A stretch of 64,000 nt of DNA from Haliotis cracherodii (Eukaryota), in the NCBI RefSeq assembly GCF_022045235.1, contig NW_027266341.1:53940001-54004000 (forward strand), in the 5' to 3' direction. Position 1 is the first letter of the stretch. The number at the start of each line of letters is the position of its first letter. Under the pieces are notes generated by a model, which made no database searches, was not told where the DNA came from, and was given only the letters and a program-made list of their open reading frames with translations. The translations under genes and the position numbers were made by a program. Positions 1 to 13,253 of the stretch are shown one piece after another.

Positions 1-3000
1 AATGATTATTTTTACTGTTTTTGACTCCTACTGGTCACTTTACACATTTTTATATAAAAGAAACATCGCTTTGTGTTTTCCAATATCAATTAAACGGGAG
101 ACGAACACTGGTCGCGGAAAGGGACATCTACAGACTTTTCATATTGCTTGGATATAGCGCTTGGGTAAATAGTGGTCACTACCTCTACAGCTGTTGAAAT
201 ATAATGATAATTTCTGTTATTTATGACTCCTACTGGTCACACTTCACATTATTATATAAAAGAAACATCCTTATGTGTTTTCCAATATCAATTAAACGGG
301 AGACCAGCATTGGTCGCGGAAAGGGACATCTACAGACTTTTCATATTGCTTGCATATAGCGCGTGGGTAAATAGTGGTCACTACCTCCACAGATGTTGTA
401 ATATATATATTAGTTTTACTATGCATGACCCCTACTGGTCACTCTACACATTATTATATAAAAAACATCCCTTTGCGTTTTCCAATATCAATTAAACGGA
501 AGACGAACACTGGTCGCGGAAAGGGACATCTACAGACTTTTCATATTGCTTGGATATAGCGCGTGGGTAAATAGTGGTCACTACCTCTACAGCTGTTGAA
601 ATATAATGATTATTTTTACTATTTATGACTCCTACTGGTCACACTTCCCATTATCATATCAAAGAAACATCCCTGAGTGTTTTCCAATATCAATTAAACG
701 GGAGACGAGCACTGGTCGCGGAAAGGGACATCTACAGACTTTTCATATTGCTTGGATATAGCGCGTGGGTAAATAGTGGTCACTACCTCCACAGATGTTG
801 TACTATATATATTAGTTTTACTATGCATGACCCCTACTGGTCACTCTACACATTATTATATAAAAAACATCCCTGTGTGTTTTCCAATATCAATTAAACG
901 GGAGACGAACACTGGTCGCGGAAAGGGACATCTACAGACTTTTCATATTGCTTGGATATAGCGCGTGGGTAAATAGTGGTCACTACCTCCACAGCTGTTG
1001 AAATATAATGATTAATTTTACTGTTTATGACTCCTACTGGTCACTTTTCACATTATCATATCAAAGAAACATCCCTGTGTGTTTTCCAATATCAATTAAA
1101 CGGGAGACGAACACTGGTCGCGGAAAGGGACATCTACAGACTATTCATATTGCTTGCATATAGTGCGTGGGTAAATAGTGGTCACTACCTCTACAGCTGT
1201 TGTAATATATTTATCATTTTTACTATGCATGACTCCTACTGGTCAGTATACACATTATCATATCAAAGAAACATCCCTGTGTGTTTTCCAATATCAATTA
1301 AACGGGAGACGAACACTGGTCGCGGAAAGGGACATCTACAGACTTTTCATATTTCTTGGATATAGCGCGTGGGTAAATAGTGGTCACTACCTCTACAGCT
1401 GTTGAAATATAATGATAATTTTTACTATTTATGACTCCTACTGGTCACACTTCCCATTATCATATCAAAGAAACATCCTTATGTGTTTTCCAATATCAAT
1501 TAAACGGGAGACGAGCACTGGTCGCGGAAAGGGACATCTACAGACTTTTCATATTGCTTGGATATAGCGCGTGGGTAAATAGTGGTCACTACCTCCACAG
1601 ATGTTGTAATATATATATTAGTTTTACTATGCATGACCCCTACTGGTCACTCTACACATTATTATATAAAAAACATCCCTGTGTGTTTTCCAATATCAAT
1701 TATATGGGAGACGAACACTGGTCGCGGAAAGGGACATCTACAGACTTTTCATATTGCTTGCATATAGTGCGTGGGTAAATAGTGGTCACTACCTGCACAA
1801 CTGTTGAAATATAATGATTATTTTTACTATGCATGACTCCTACTGGTCAGTATACACATTATCATATCAAAGAAACATACCTGTGTGTTTTCCAATATCA
1901 ATTAAACGGGAGACGAGCACTGGTCGCAGAAAGGGACATCTACAGACTTTTCATATTGCTTGGATATAGCGCGTGGGTAAATAGTGGTCACTACCTCTAC
2001 AGCTGTTGAAATATAATGATAATTTCTACTATTTATGACTCCTACTGGTCACTTTTCACATTATCATATCAAAGAAACATCCCTGTGCGTTTTCCAATAT
2101 CAATTAAACGGGAGACGAACACTGGTCGCGGAAAGGGACATCTACAGACTTTTCATATTGCTTGGATATAGCGCGTGGGTAAATAGTGGTCACTACCTCC
2201 ACAACTGTTGAAATATAATGATTATTTTTACTGTTTTTGACTCCTACTGGTCACTTTACACATTTTTATATAAAAGAAACATCGCTTTGTGTTTTCCAAT
2301 ATCAATTAAACGGGAGACGAACACTGGTCGCGGAAAGGGACATCTACAGACTTTTCATATTGCTTGGATATAGCGCTTGGGTAAATAGTGGTCACTACCT
2401 CTACAGCTGTTGAAATATAATGATAATTTCTGTTATTTATGACTCCTACTGGTCACACTTCACATTATTATATAAAAGAAACATCCTTATGTGTTTTCCA
2501 ATATCAATTAAACGGGAGACCAGCATTGGTCGCGGAAAGGGACATCTACAGACTTTTCATATTGCTTGCATATAGCGCGTGGGTAAATAGTGGTCACTAC
2601 CTCCACAGATGTTGTAATATATATATTAGTTTTACTATGCATGACCCCTACTGGTCACTCTACACATTATTATATAAAAAACATCCCTTTGCGTTTTCCA
2701 ATATCAATTAAACGGAAGACGAACACTGGTCGCGGAAAGGGACATCTACAGACTTTTCATATTGCTTGGATATAGCGCGTGGGTAAATAGTGGTCACTAC
2801 CTCTACAGCTGTTGAAATATAATGATTATTTTTACTATTTATGACTCCTACTGGTCACACTTCCCATTATCATATCAAAGAAACATCCCTGAGTGTTTTC
2901 CAATATCAATTAAACGGGAGACGAGCACTGGTCGCGGAAAGGGACATCTACAGACTTTTCATATTGCTTGGATATAGCGCGTGGGTAAATAGTGGTCACT

Positions 3001-6000
3001 ACCTCCACAGATGTTGTACTATATATATTAGTTTTACTATGCATGACCCCTACTGGTCACTCTACACATTATTATATAAAAAACATCCCTGTGTGTTTTC
3101 CAATATCAATTAAACGGGAGACGAACACTGGTCGCGGAAAGGGACATCTACAGACTTTTCATATTGCTTGGATATAGCGCGTGGGTAAATAGTGGTCACT
3201 ACCTCCACAGCTGTTGAAATATAATGATTAATTTTACTGTTTATGACTCCTACTGGTCACTTTTCACATTATCATATCAAAGAAACATCCCTGTGTGTTT
3301 TCCAATATCAATTAAACGGGAGAAGAACACTGGTCGCGGAAAGGGACATCTACAGACTTTTCATATTGCTTGCATATAGTGCGTGGGTAAATAGTGGTCA
3401 CTACCTCTACAGCTGTTGTAATATATTTATCATTTTTACTATGCATGACTCCTACTGGTCAGTATACACATTATCATATCAAAGAAACATCCCTGTGTGT
3501 TTTCCAATATCAATTAAACGGGAGACGAACACTGGTCGCGGAAAGGGACATCTACAGACTTTTCATATTTCTTGGATATAGCGCGTGGGTAAATAGTGGT
3601 CACTACCTCTACAGCTGTTGAAATATAATGATAATTTTTACTATTTATGACTCCTACTGGTCACACTTCCCATTATCATATCAAAGAAACATCCTTATGT
3701 GTTTTCCAATATCAATTAAACGGGAGACGAGCACTGGTCGCGGAAAGGGACATCTACAGACTTTTCATATTGCTTGGATATAGTGCGTGGGTAAATAGTG
3801 GTCACTACCTCCACAGATGTTGTAATATATATATTAGTTTTACTATGCATGACCCCTACTGGTCACTCTACACATTATTATATAAAAAAACATCCCTGTG
3901 TGTTTTCCAATATCAATTATACGGGAGACGAACACTGGTCGCGGAAAGGGACATCTACAGACTTTTCATATTGCTTGCATATAGTGCGTGGGTAAATAGT
4001 GGTCACTACCTGCACAACTGTTGAAATATAATGATTATTTTTACTATGCATGACTCCTACTGGTCAGTATACACATTATCATATCAAAGAAACATACCTG
4101 TGTGTTTTCCAATATCAATTAAACGGGAGACGAGCACTGGTCGCGGAAAGGGACATCTACAGACTTTTCATATTGCTTGGATATAGCGCGTGGGTAAATA
4201 GTGGTCACTACCTCTACAGCTGTTGAAATATAATGATAATTTCTACTATTTATGACTCCTACTGGTCACTTTTCACATTATCATATCAAAGAAACATCCC
4301 TGTGCGTTTTCCAATATCAATTAAACGGGAGACGAACACTGGTCGCGGAAAGGGACATCTACAGACTTTTCATATTGCTTGGATATAGCGCTTGGGTAAA
4401 TAGTGGTCACTATCTCTACAGCTGTTGAAATATAATGATAATTTCTGTTATTTATGACTCCTACTGGTCACACTTCACATTATTATATAAAAGAAACATC
4501 CTTATGTGTTTTCCAATATCAATTAAACGGGAGACCAGCATTGGTCGCGGAAAGGGACATCTACAGACTTTTCATATTGCTTGCATATAGTGCGTGGGTA
4601 AATAGTGGTCACTACCTCCACAGATGTTGTAATATATATATTAGTTTTACTATGCATGACCCCTACTGGTCACTCTACACATTATTATATAAAAAACATC
4701 CCTTTGCGTTTTCCAATATCAATTAAACGGAAGACGAACACTGGTCGCGGAAAGGGACATCTACAGACTTTTCATATTGCTTGGATATAGCGCGTGGGTA
4801 AATAGTGGTCACTACCTCTACAGCTGTTGAAATATAATGATTATTTTTACTATTTATGACTCCTACTGGTCACACTTCCCATTATCATATCAAAGAAACA
4901 TCCCTGAGTGTTTTCCAATATCAATTAAACGGGAGACGAGCACTGGTCGCGGAAAGGGACATCTACAGACTTTTCATATTGCTTGGATATAGCGCGTGGG
5001 TAAATAGTGGTCACTACCTCCACAGATGTTGTAATATATATATTAATTTTACTATGCATGACCCCTACTGGTCACTCTACACATTATTATATAAAAAACA
5101 TCCCTGTGTGTTTTCCAATATCAATTAAACGGGAGACGAACACTGGTCGCGGAAAGGGACATCTACAGACTTTTCATATTGCTTGGATATAGTGCGTGGG
5201 TAAATAGTGGTCACTACCTCCACAGATGTTGTAATATATATATTAGTTTTACTATGCATGACCCCTACTAGTCACTCTACACATTATTATATAAAAGAAA
5301 CATCCCTGTGTGTTTTCCAATATCAATTAAACGGGAGAAGAACACTGGTCGCGGAAAGGGACATCTACAGACTTTTCATATTGCTTGCATATAGTGCGTG
5401 GGTAAATAGTGGTCACTACCTCTACAGCTGTTGTAATATATTTATCATTTTTACTATGCATGACTCCTACTGGTCAGTATACACATTATCATATCAAAGA
5501 AACATCCCTGTGCGTTTTCCAATATCAATTAAACGGGAGACGAACACTGGTCGCGGAAAGGGACATCTACAGACTTTTCATATTGCTTGGATATAGCGCT
5601 TGGGTAAATAGTGGTCACTATCTCTACAGCTGTTGAAATATAATGATAATTTCTGTTATTTATGATTCCTACTGGTCACACTTCACATTATTATATAAAA
5701 GAAACATCCTTATGTGTTTTCCAATATCAATTAAACGGGAGACCAGCATTGGTCGCGGAAAGGGACATCTACAGACTTTTCATATTGCTTGCATATAGTG
5801 CGTGGGTAAATAGTGGTCACTACCTCCACAGATGTTGTAATATATATATTAGTTTTACTATGCATGACCCCTACTGGTCACTCTACACATTATTATATAA
5901 AAAACATCCCTTTGCGTTTTCCAATATCAATTAAACGGAAGACGAACACTGGTCGCGGAAAGGGACATCTACAGACTTTTCATATTGCTTGGATATAGCG

Positions 6001-7026
6001 CGTGGGTAAATAGTGGTCACTACCTCTACAGCTGTTGAAATATAATGATTATTTTTACTATTTATGACTCCTACTGGTCACACTTCCCATTATCATATCA
6101 AAGAAACATCCCTGAGTGTTTTCCAATATCAATTAAACGGGAGACGAGCACTGGTCGCGGAAAGGGACATCTACAGACTTTTCATATTGCTTGGATATAG
6201 CGCGTGGGTAAATAGTGGTCACTACCTCCACAGATGTTGTAATATATATATTAGTTTTACTATGCATGACCCCTACTGGTCACTCTACACATTATTATAT
6301 AAAAAACATCCCTGTGTGTTTTCCAATATCAATTAAACGGGAGACGAACACTGGTCGCGGAAAGGGACATCTACAGACTTTTCATATTGCTTGGATATAG
6401 TGCGTGGGTAAATAGTGGTCACTACCTCCACAGATGTTGTAATATATATATTAGTTTTACTATGCATGACCCCTACTAGTCACTCTACACATTATTATAT
6501 AAAAGAAACATCCCTGTGTGTTTTCCAATATCAATTAAACGGGAGAAGAACACTGGTCGCGGAAAGGGACATCTACAGACTTTTCATATTGCTTGCATAT
6601 AGTGCGTGGGTAAATAGTGGTCACTACCTCTACAGCTGTTGTAATATATTTATCATTTTTACTATGCATGACTCCTACTGGTCAGTATACACATTATCAT
6701 ATCAAAGAAACATCCCTGTGTGTTTTCCAATATCAATTAAACGGGAGACGAACACTGGTCGCGGAAAGGGACATCTACAGACTTTTCATATTTCTTGGAT
6801 ATAGCGCGTGGGTAAATAGTGGTCACTACCTCTACAGCTGTTGAAATATAATGATAATTTCTACTATTTATGACTCCTACTGGTCAGTATACACATTATC
6901 ATATCAAAGAAACATCCCTATGTGTTTTCCAATATCAATTAAACGGGAGACGAACACTGGTCGCGGAAAGGGACAACTACAGACTTTTCATATTGCTTGG
7001 ATATAGTGCGTGGGTAAATAGTGGTC
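1..7026 (+). repeat. ~202-bp satellite DNA, forward arm (~35 monomers, extends past the window start), with higher-order repeats
   Basis: The monomer ...GACTCCTACTGGTCAC...AAACGGGAGACGAACACTGGTCGCGGAAAGGGACATCTACAGACTTTTCATATTGCTTGGATATAGCGCGTGGGTAAATAGTGGTCACTACC... recurs every 200-203 bp. The same variant monomer recurs at 223, 2439, 4454 and 5662 (spacings 2216, 2015, 1208). Confidence 0.97.
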
Positions 7027-10000
7027 CCGTAGGAGTCATACATAGTAAAAATAATAGATATATTACAACAGCTGTGGAGGTTGTGACCACTATTTACACA
7101 CACGCTATATCCAAGCAATATGAAAAGTCTGTAGTTGTCCCTTTCCGCGACCAGTGTTCGTCTCCCGTTTAATTGATATTGGAAAACACATAGGGATGTT
7201 TCTTTGATATAATAATGTGGAGAGATACCAGTAGGAGTCATAAATGGTAGAAATTATCATTATATTTCAACAGCTGTAGAGGTAGTGACCACTATTTACC
7301 CACGTGCTATATGCAAGTAATATGAAAAGTCTGTAGTTGTCCCTTTCCGCGACCAGTGTTCGTCTCTCATTTGATTGATATTGGAAAACACATAGGGATG
7401 TTTCTTTGATATAATAATGCGAAGAGTGACCAGTAGGAGTCATAAATAGTAGAAAATATCATTATATTTCAACAGCTGTAGAGGTAAGGACCACTATTTA
7501 CCCACGCACTATATGCAAGCAATATGAAAAGTCTGTAGTTGTCCCTTTCCGCGACCAGTGTTCGTCCCTCATTTAATTGATATTGGAAAACACATAGCGA
7601 TGTTTCTTCTATGTAACAATGTGAAGAGTGACCAGTAGGAGTCATACATAGTAAAAATAATCAATATATTTCAACAGTTGTGGAGGTAGTGACCACTATT
7701 TACCCACACGGTATATGCAAGCAATATGAAAAGTCTGTAGATGTCCCTTTCCGCGACCAGTGTTCGTCTCCCATTTAATTGATATTGGAAATCACACAGG
7801 GATGTTTCTTTTATATAATAATGTGTAGATGGTCCAGTAGGAGTCATACATAGTAAAAATAATAAATATATTACAACAGCTGTAGAGGTAGTGACCACTA
7901 TTTACCCACGCGCTAAATCCAAGCAATTTGAAAAGTCTATAGTTGTCCCTTTCCGCGACCAGTGTTCGTCTCCTGTTTAAATTATATTGGAAAACACAAA
8001 GCGATGTTTCTTCTATGTAACAATGTGAAGAGTGACCAGTAGGAGTCATACATAGTAAAAATAATCAATATATTACAAGAGCTGTGGAGGTAGTGACCAC
8101 TATTTACCCACACGCTATATGCAAGCAATATGAAAAGTCTGTAGATGTCCCTTTCCGCGACCAGTGTTCGTCTCTCATTTGATTGATATTGGAAAACACA
8201 TAGGGATGTTTCTTTGATATAATAATGTGAAGAGTGACCAGTAGGAGTCATAAATAGTAGAAAATATCATTATATTTCAACAGCTGTAGAGGTAAGGACC
8301 ACTATTTACCCACGCACTATATGCAAGCAATATGAAAAGTCTGTAGTTGTCCCTTTCCGCGACCAGTGTTCGTCCCCCATTTAATTGATATTGGAAAACA
8401 CATAGGGATGTTTCTTTTATATAATATTGTGTAGACGGTCCAGTAGGAGTCATATATAGTAAAAATAATAGATATATTACGACAGCTGTGGAGGTAATGA
8501 CCACCACTATTTACCCAAATGCTATATCCAAGCAATATGAAAAGTCTGTAGTTGTCCCTTTCCGCGACCAGTGTTCGTCTCCCATTTAATTGATATTGAA
8601 AATGACAACGGTATGTTTCTTTTATATAATAATGTGTAGATGGTCCAGTAGGAGTCATACATAGTAAAAATAATCAATATATTACGACAGCTGTGGAGGT
8701 AGTGACCACTATTTACCCACACGCTATATATGCAAGCAATATGAAAAGTCTGTAGTTGTCCCTTTCCGCGAGAGTGTTTGTCTCCCATTAAATTGATATT
8801 GGAAATCACACAGGGATGTTTCTTTTATATAATAATGTGTAGATGGTCCAGTAGGAGTCATACATAGTAAAAATAATAAATACATTACGACAGCTGTGGA
8901 GGTAATGACCACCACTATTTATCCACACGCTATATATGCAGGCAATATGAAATGTCTGTAGTTGTCCCTTTCCGCGACCAGTGTTCGTCCCCCATTTAAT
9001 TGATATTGGAAATCACACAAGGATGTTTCTTTTATATAATAACGTGTAGATGGTCCAGTAGGAGTCAAACATCGTAAAAATAATCAATATATTTCAATAG
9101 TTGTGGAGGTAGCAACGATTATTTACCTACTTGGTATATGCAAGCAATATGAACAGTCTGTAGATGTCCCTCTCCGCGACCAGTGATCGTCTCCCATTTA
9201 ATTGATATTGGAAAACACACAGGGATGTTTCTTTTATATAATAACGTGTAAATGGTCCAGTAGGAGTCATACATAGTAAAAATAATCAATATATTACGAC
9301 AGCTGTGGAGGTAGTGACCACTATTTACCCACACGCTATATGCAAGCAATATGAAAAGTCTGTAGTTGTCCCTTTCCGCGACCAGTGTTCGTCCCCCATT
9401 TAATTGATATTGGAAAACACACAGGGATGTTTCTTTTATATAATATTGTGTAGACGGTCCAGTAGGAGTCACATATAGTAAAAATAATAGATATATTACG
9501 ACAGCTGTGGAGGTAATGACCACCACTATTTACCCAAACGCTATATCCAAGCAATATGAAAAGTCTGTAGTTGTCCCTTTCCGCGACCAGTGTTCGTCTC
9601 CCATTTAATTGATATTGAAAATGACAACGGTATGTTTCTTTTATATAATAATGTGTAGATGGTCCAGTAGGAGTCATACATAGTAAAAATAATCAATATA
9701 TTACGACAGCTGTGGAGGTAGTGACCACTATTTACCCACACGCTATATATGCAAGCAATATGAAAAGTCTGTAGTTGTCCCTTTCCGCGACAGTGTTTGT
9801 CTCCCATTAAATTGATATTGGAAATCACATAGGGATGTTTCTTTTATATAATAATGTGTAGATGGTCCAGTAGGAGTCATATATAGTAAAAATAATAAAT
9901 ACATTACGACAGCTGTGGAGGTAATGACCACCACTATTTACCCACACGCTATATGCAAGCAATATGAATAGTCTGTAGTTGTCCCTTTCCGCGACCAGTG

Positions 10001-11970
10001 TTCGTCTCTCATTTAATTGATATTGGAAAAAACACAGGGATGTTTCTTTAATATAATGATGTGTAGACGGTCCAGTAGGAGTCATATATAGTAAAATTAA
10101 TAGATATATTACGACAGCTGTGGAGGTAGTGACCACTATTTACCCACACGCTATATCCAAGCAATATGAAAAGTCTGTAGTTGTCCCTTTCCGCGACCAG
10201 TGTTTGTCTCCCGTTTAAATTGTATTGGAAATCACACAAGGATGTTTCTTTTATATAATAATGTATAGATGGTCCAGAAGGAGTCATACATAGTAAAAAT
10301 AATCAATATATTACAACAGCTGTGGGGTTAGGAACGATTATCTACCAACATGCGATATACAAGTAATTTGAAATGTCTGTAGTTGTCCCTTTCCGTGGCC
10401 AGTGTTTGTCCCCCATTTAATTAATATTGAAAATGACACGGGTATGTTTCTTTTATATAATAACGTGTAGATGGTCCAGTAGGAGTCATACATAGTAAAA
10501 ATAATCAATATATTACGACAGCTGTGGAGGTAGTGACCACTATTTACCGACACGCTATGTGCAAGCAATATGAAAAGTCTGTAGTTGTCCCTTTCCGCGA
10601 CCAGTGCTCGTCCCCCATTTAATTGATATTGGAAAACACACAGGGATGTTTCTTTTATATAATATTGTGTAGACGGTCCAGTAGGAGTCATATATAGTAA
10701 AAATAATAGATATATTACGACAGCTGTGGAGGTAATGACCACCACTATTTACCCACACGCTATATCCAAGCAATATGAAAAGTCTGTAGTTGTCCCTTTC
10801 CGCGACCAGTGTTCGTCTCTCATTTAATTGATATTGAAAATGACACGGGTATGTTTCTTTTTTGTAATAATGTGTAGATGGTCCTGTAGGAGTCATACAT
10901 CGTAAAAATAATAAATACATTACGACAGCTGTGGAGGTAGTGACCACTATTTATCCACACGCTATATATGAAAGCAATATGAAAAGTCTGTAGTTGTCCC
11001 TTTCCGCGACCAGTGTTAGTCCCCCATTTAAATGATATTGGAAAACACACAGGGATGTTTCTTTTATATAATAATGTGTAGATGGTCCAGTAGGGATCAT
11101 ACATAGTAAAAATAATCAATATATTTCAACAGTTGTGGAGGTAGTGACCACTATTTACCAACATGCTATATACAAGTAATATGAAAAGTCTGTAGTTGTC
11201 CCTTTCCGCGACCAGTGTTCGTCTCTCATTTAATTGATATTGGAAATCACACAGGGATGTTTCTTTTATATAATAACGTGTAGATGGTCCAGTAGGAGTC
11301 ATACATAGTAAAAATAATCAATATATTACGACAGCTGTGGAGGTAGTGACCACTCTTTACCCACACGCTATATATGCAAGCAATATGAAAAGTCTGTAGT
11401 TGTCCCTTTCCGCGACAGTGTTTGTCTCCCATTAAATTGATATTGGAAATCACACAGGGATGTTTCTTTTATATAATAATGTATAGATGGTCCAGTAGGA
11501 GTCATACATAGTAAAAATAATAGATATATTACGACAGCTGTGGAGGTAGTGACCACTATTTACCCACACGCTATATGCAGGCAATATGAAATGTCTGTAG
11601 TTGTCCCTTTCCGCGACCAGTGTTCGTCTCCCATTTAATTGATATTGGAAAACACATAGGGATGTTTCTTTTATATAATAATGTGTAGATGGTCCAGTAG
11701 GAGTCATACATAGTAAAAATAATAGATATATTACGACAGCTGTGGAGGTAGTGACCACTATTTACTCACACGCTATATCCAAGCAATATGAAATGTCTGT
11801 AGTTGTCCCTTTCCGCGACCAGTGTTCGTCTCCTGGTTATATTATATTGGAAAACACATAGCGATGTTTCTTCTATGTAACAATGTGAAGAGTGACCAGT
11901 AGGAGTCATACATAGTAAAAAAATATATATATTTCAACAGTTGTGGAGGTAGCGATGATTATTTACCTCA
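7027..11970 (-). repeat. Same ~202-bp satellite, inverted arm (~24 monomers, more divergent)
   Basis: Reverse-complement monomer (AGTCTGTAGTTGTCCCTTTCCGCGACCAGTGTTCG) repeats from 7027 until it decays into unique sequence near 11970. Confidence 0.97.
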
Positions 11971-12189
11971 CTAACAGTACAGATAAGAAAATTAATGGCT
12001 TTAAATGTTATAAATTTATGTACATTTATAAAACACGTTACAGTACGAATTGTAAGGCTTAGAGCATACAATACTCTCCTTTAACGTTATTTGTTATGAA
12101 AATTTTGTCCCAGAATACGGCGTTCGCTTTTGAGTAATATTTATTCAGACAAAAATGTATGGAATTGTTATAATTTGACTGGGATTTGT

Positions 12190-12430
12190 CTTTTATTAGC
12201 CGCGCATTTCGTTTTGGCGTGCGGAAGCTTAAATACAGTATAGTTGAACTACACGCGCGTGTACAACAGGCATACCTCTCGATAAAAGTAGCGCTGAGGC
12301 CTGGTCTGGGAAAGGGACGTATACTGACTCGACCAATTTTGGGGAACAGGCGGATGTAAAGCAAACACTTAAGTGTCCTTGTAGCCAGTTTTGTGTCGAC
12401 ACTGTTTATATACAAACACCAAGGTATAGT
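12190..12430 (+). promoter_or_regulatory. Probable TRAPPC2 promoter / non-coding first exon region
   Basis: Local CpG enrichment (GCCGCGC, GCGGAAG, palindrome ACACGCGCGTGT) in AT-rich surroundings. Candidate donor AAG|GTATAG at 12423/12424. The ATG-containing exon is preceded by an acceptor (TTTGTAG ending 13235), which implies an upstream UTR exon. Confidence 0.4.
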
Positions 12431-13253
12431 GCTAGCCTTTTATGCATTGCCGTAAAATTCCAGGCTTGTTTGCATCGCTTATACACGGAGGGATGTGTGG
12501 ATGACACAAATGTGATTCTGTTGCACTGTTGTGAAGCCTAGAAGCTAGATCATAGACACAGCTGAAAACTGAGTTTTGTGAGTGTGATGGGAACTGGACA
12601 TCATAATGTAAAAGTTAGATAAGGTTTATTGGACGTGATAGCATATTAACGAAAATTTATACATGGTTCTCCGATGAATTAATTAATCAATGATCATTTT
12701 GGTCAATAGAGGCAACTAAGTGGATCGGTTGGTCATGCTCTGTGGATGTGATGGTGTGTCAACGTACCCAGATGATGTGGATCGATGTCATTATACATTG
12801 ATTATTTACAAGTCGCCGTCATTTATCTCATTATATCTGAAACATTGCTGATTTTAGTGTTCAAGAATATAGATATTGCCTCGGGGAAAACAATTTGTTG
12901 TTCAAGTTTTCCTCCTTAAGTCATAACAGGAACGCTGGATTTTTGGTTGAATGCCAGATTCGGTCTGAATAGGATCCTTTATTGTCAGCACACCTCTGCT
13001 TGTTGGTTTTACGAAGGTGGTAGAAATCTAAAACCTGCATCAGTTTATGTTTTCCTGTCATTTTAAGCTGACATATCATGATTTGACTGACATATTTTCA
13101 AAGCCACATTCATTCTGATCAGATTTTTACTTGACCTTAATGACCTCCAAATCATGTTAATAATTTGATATATATCAAAAACAATCATCAAGAGAACCAG
13201 GTATAAAATGCATTGTGATATATTTGTGTTTGTAGATAGACAGTGTTTAAAGG

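Noticed and set aside
223-11758. Dozens of 60-135 aa ORFs (MTPTGH..., MVTTST...)
   Set aside because: Translations of the 202-bp satellite. The monomer length is not a fixed multiple of 3, frames shift between copies, and there is no splice or protein-family signal.
1-11970. CRISPR-like repeat/spacer appearance
   Set aside because: The whole monomer is repeated with no unique spacers, no cas genes are present, and the context is eukaryotic.
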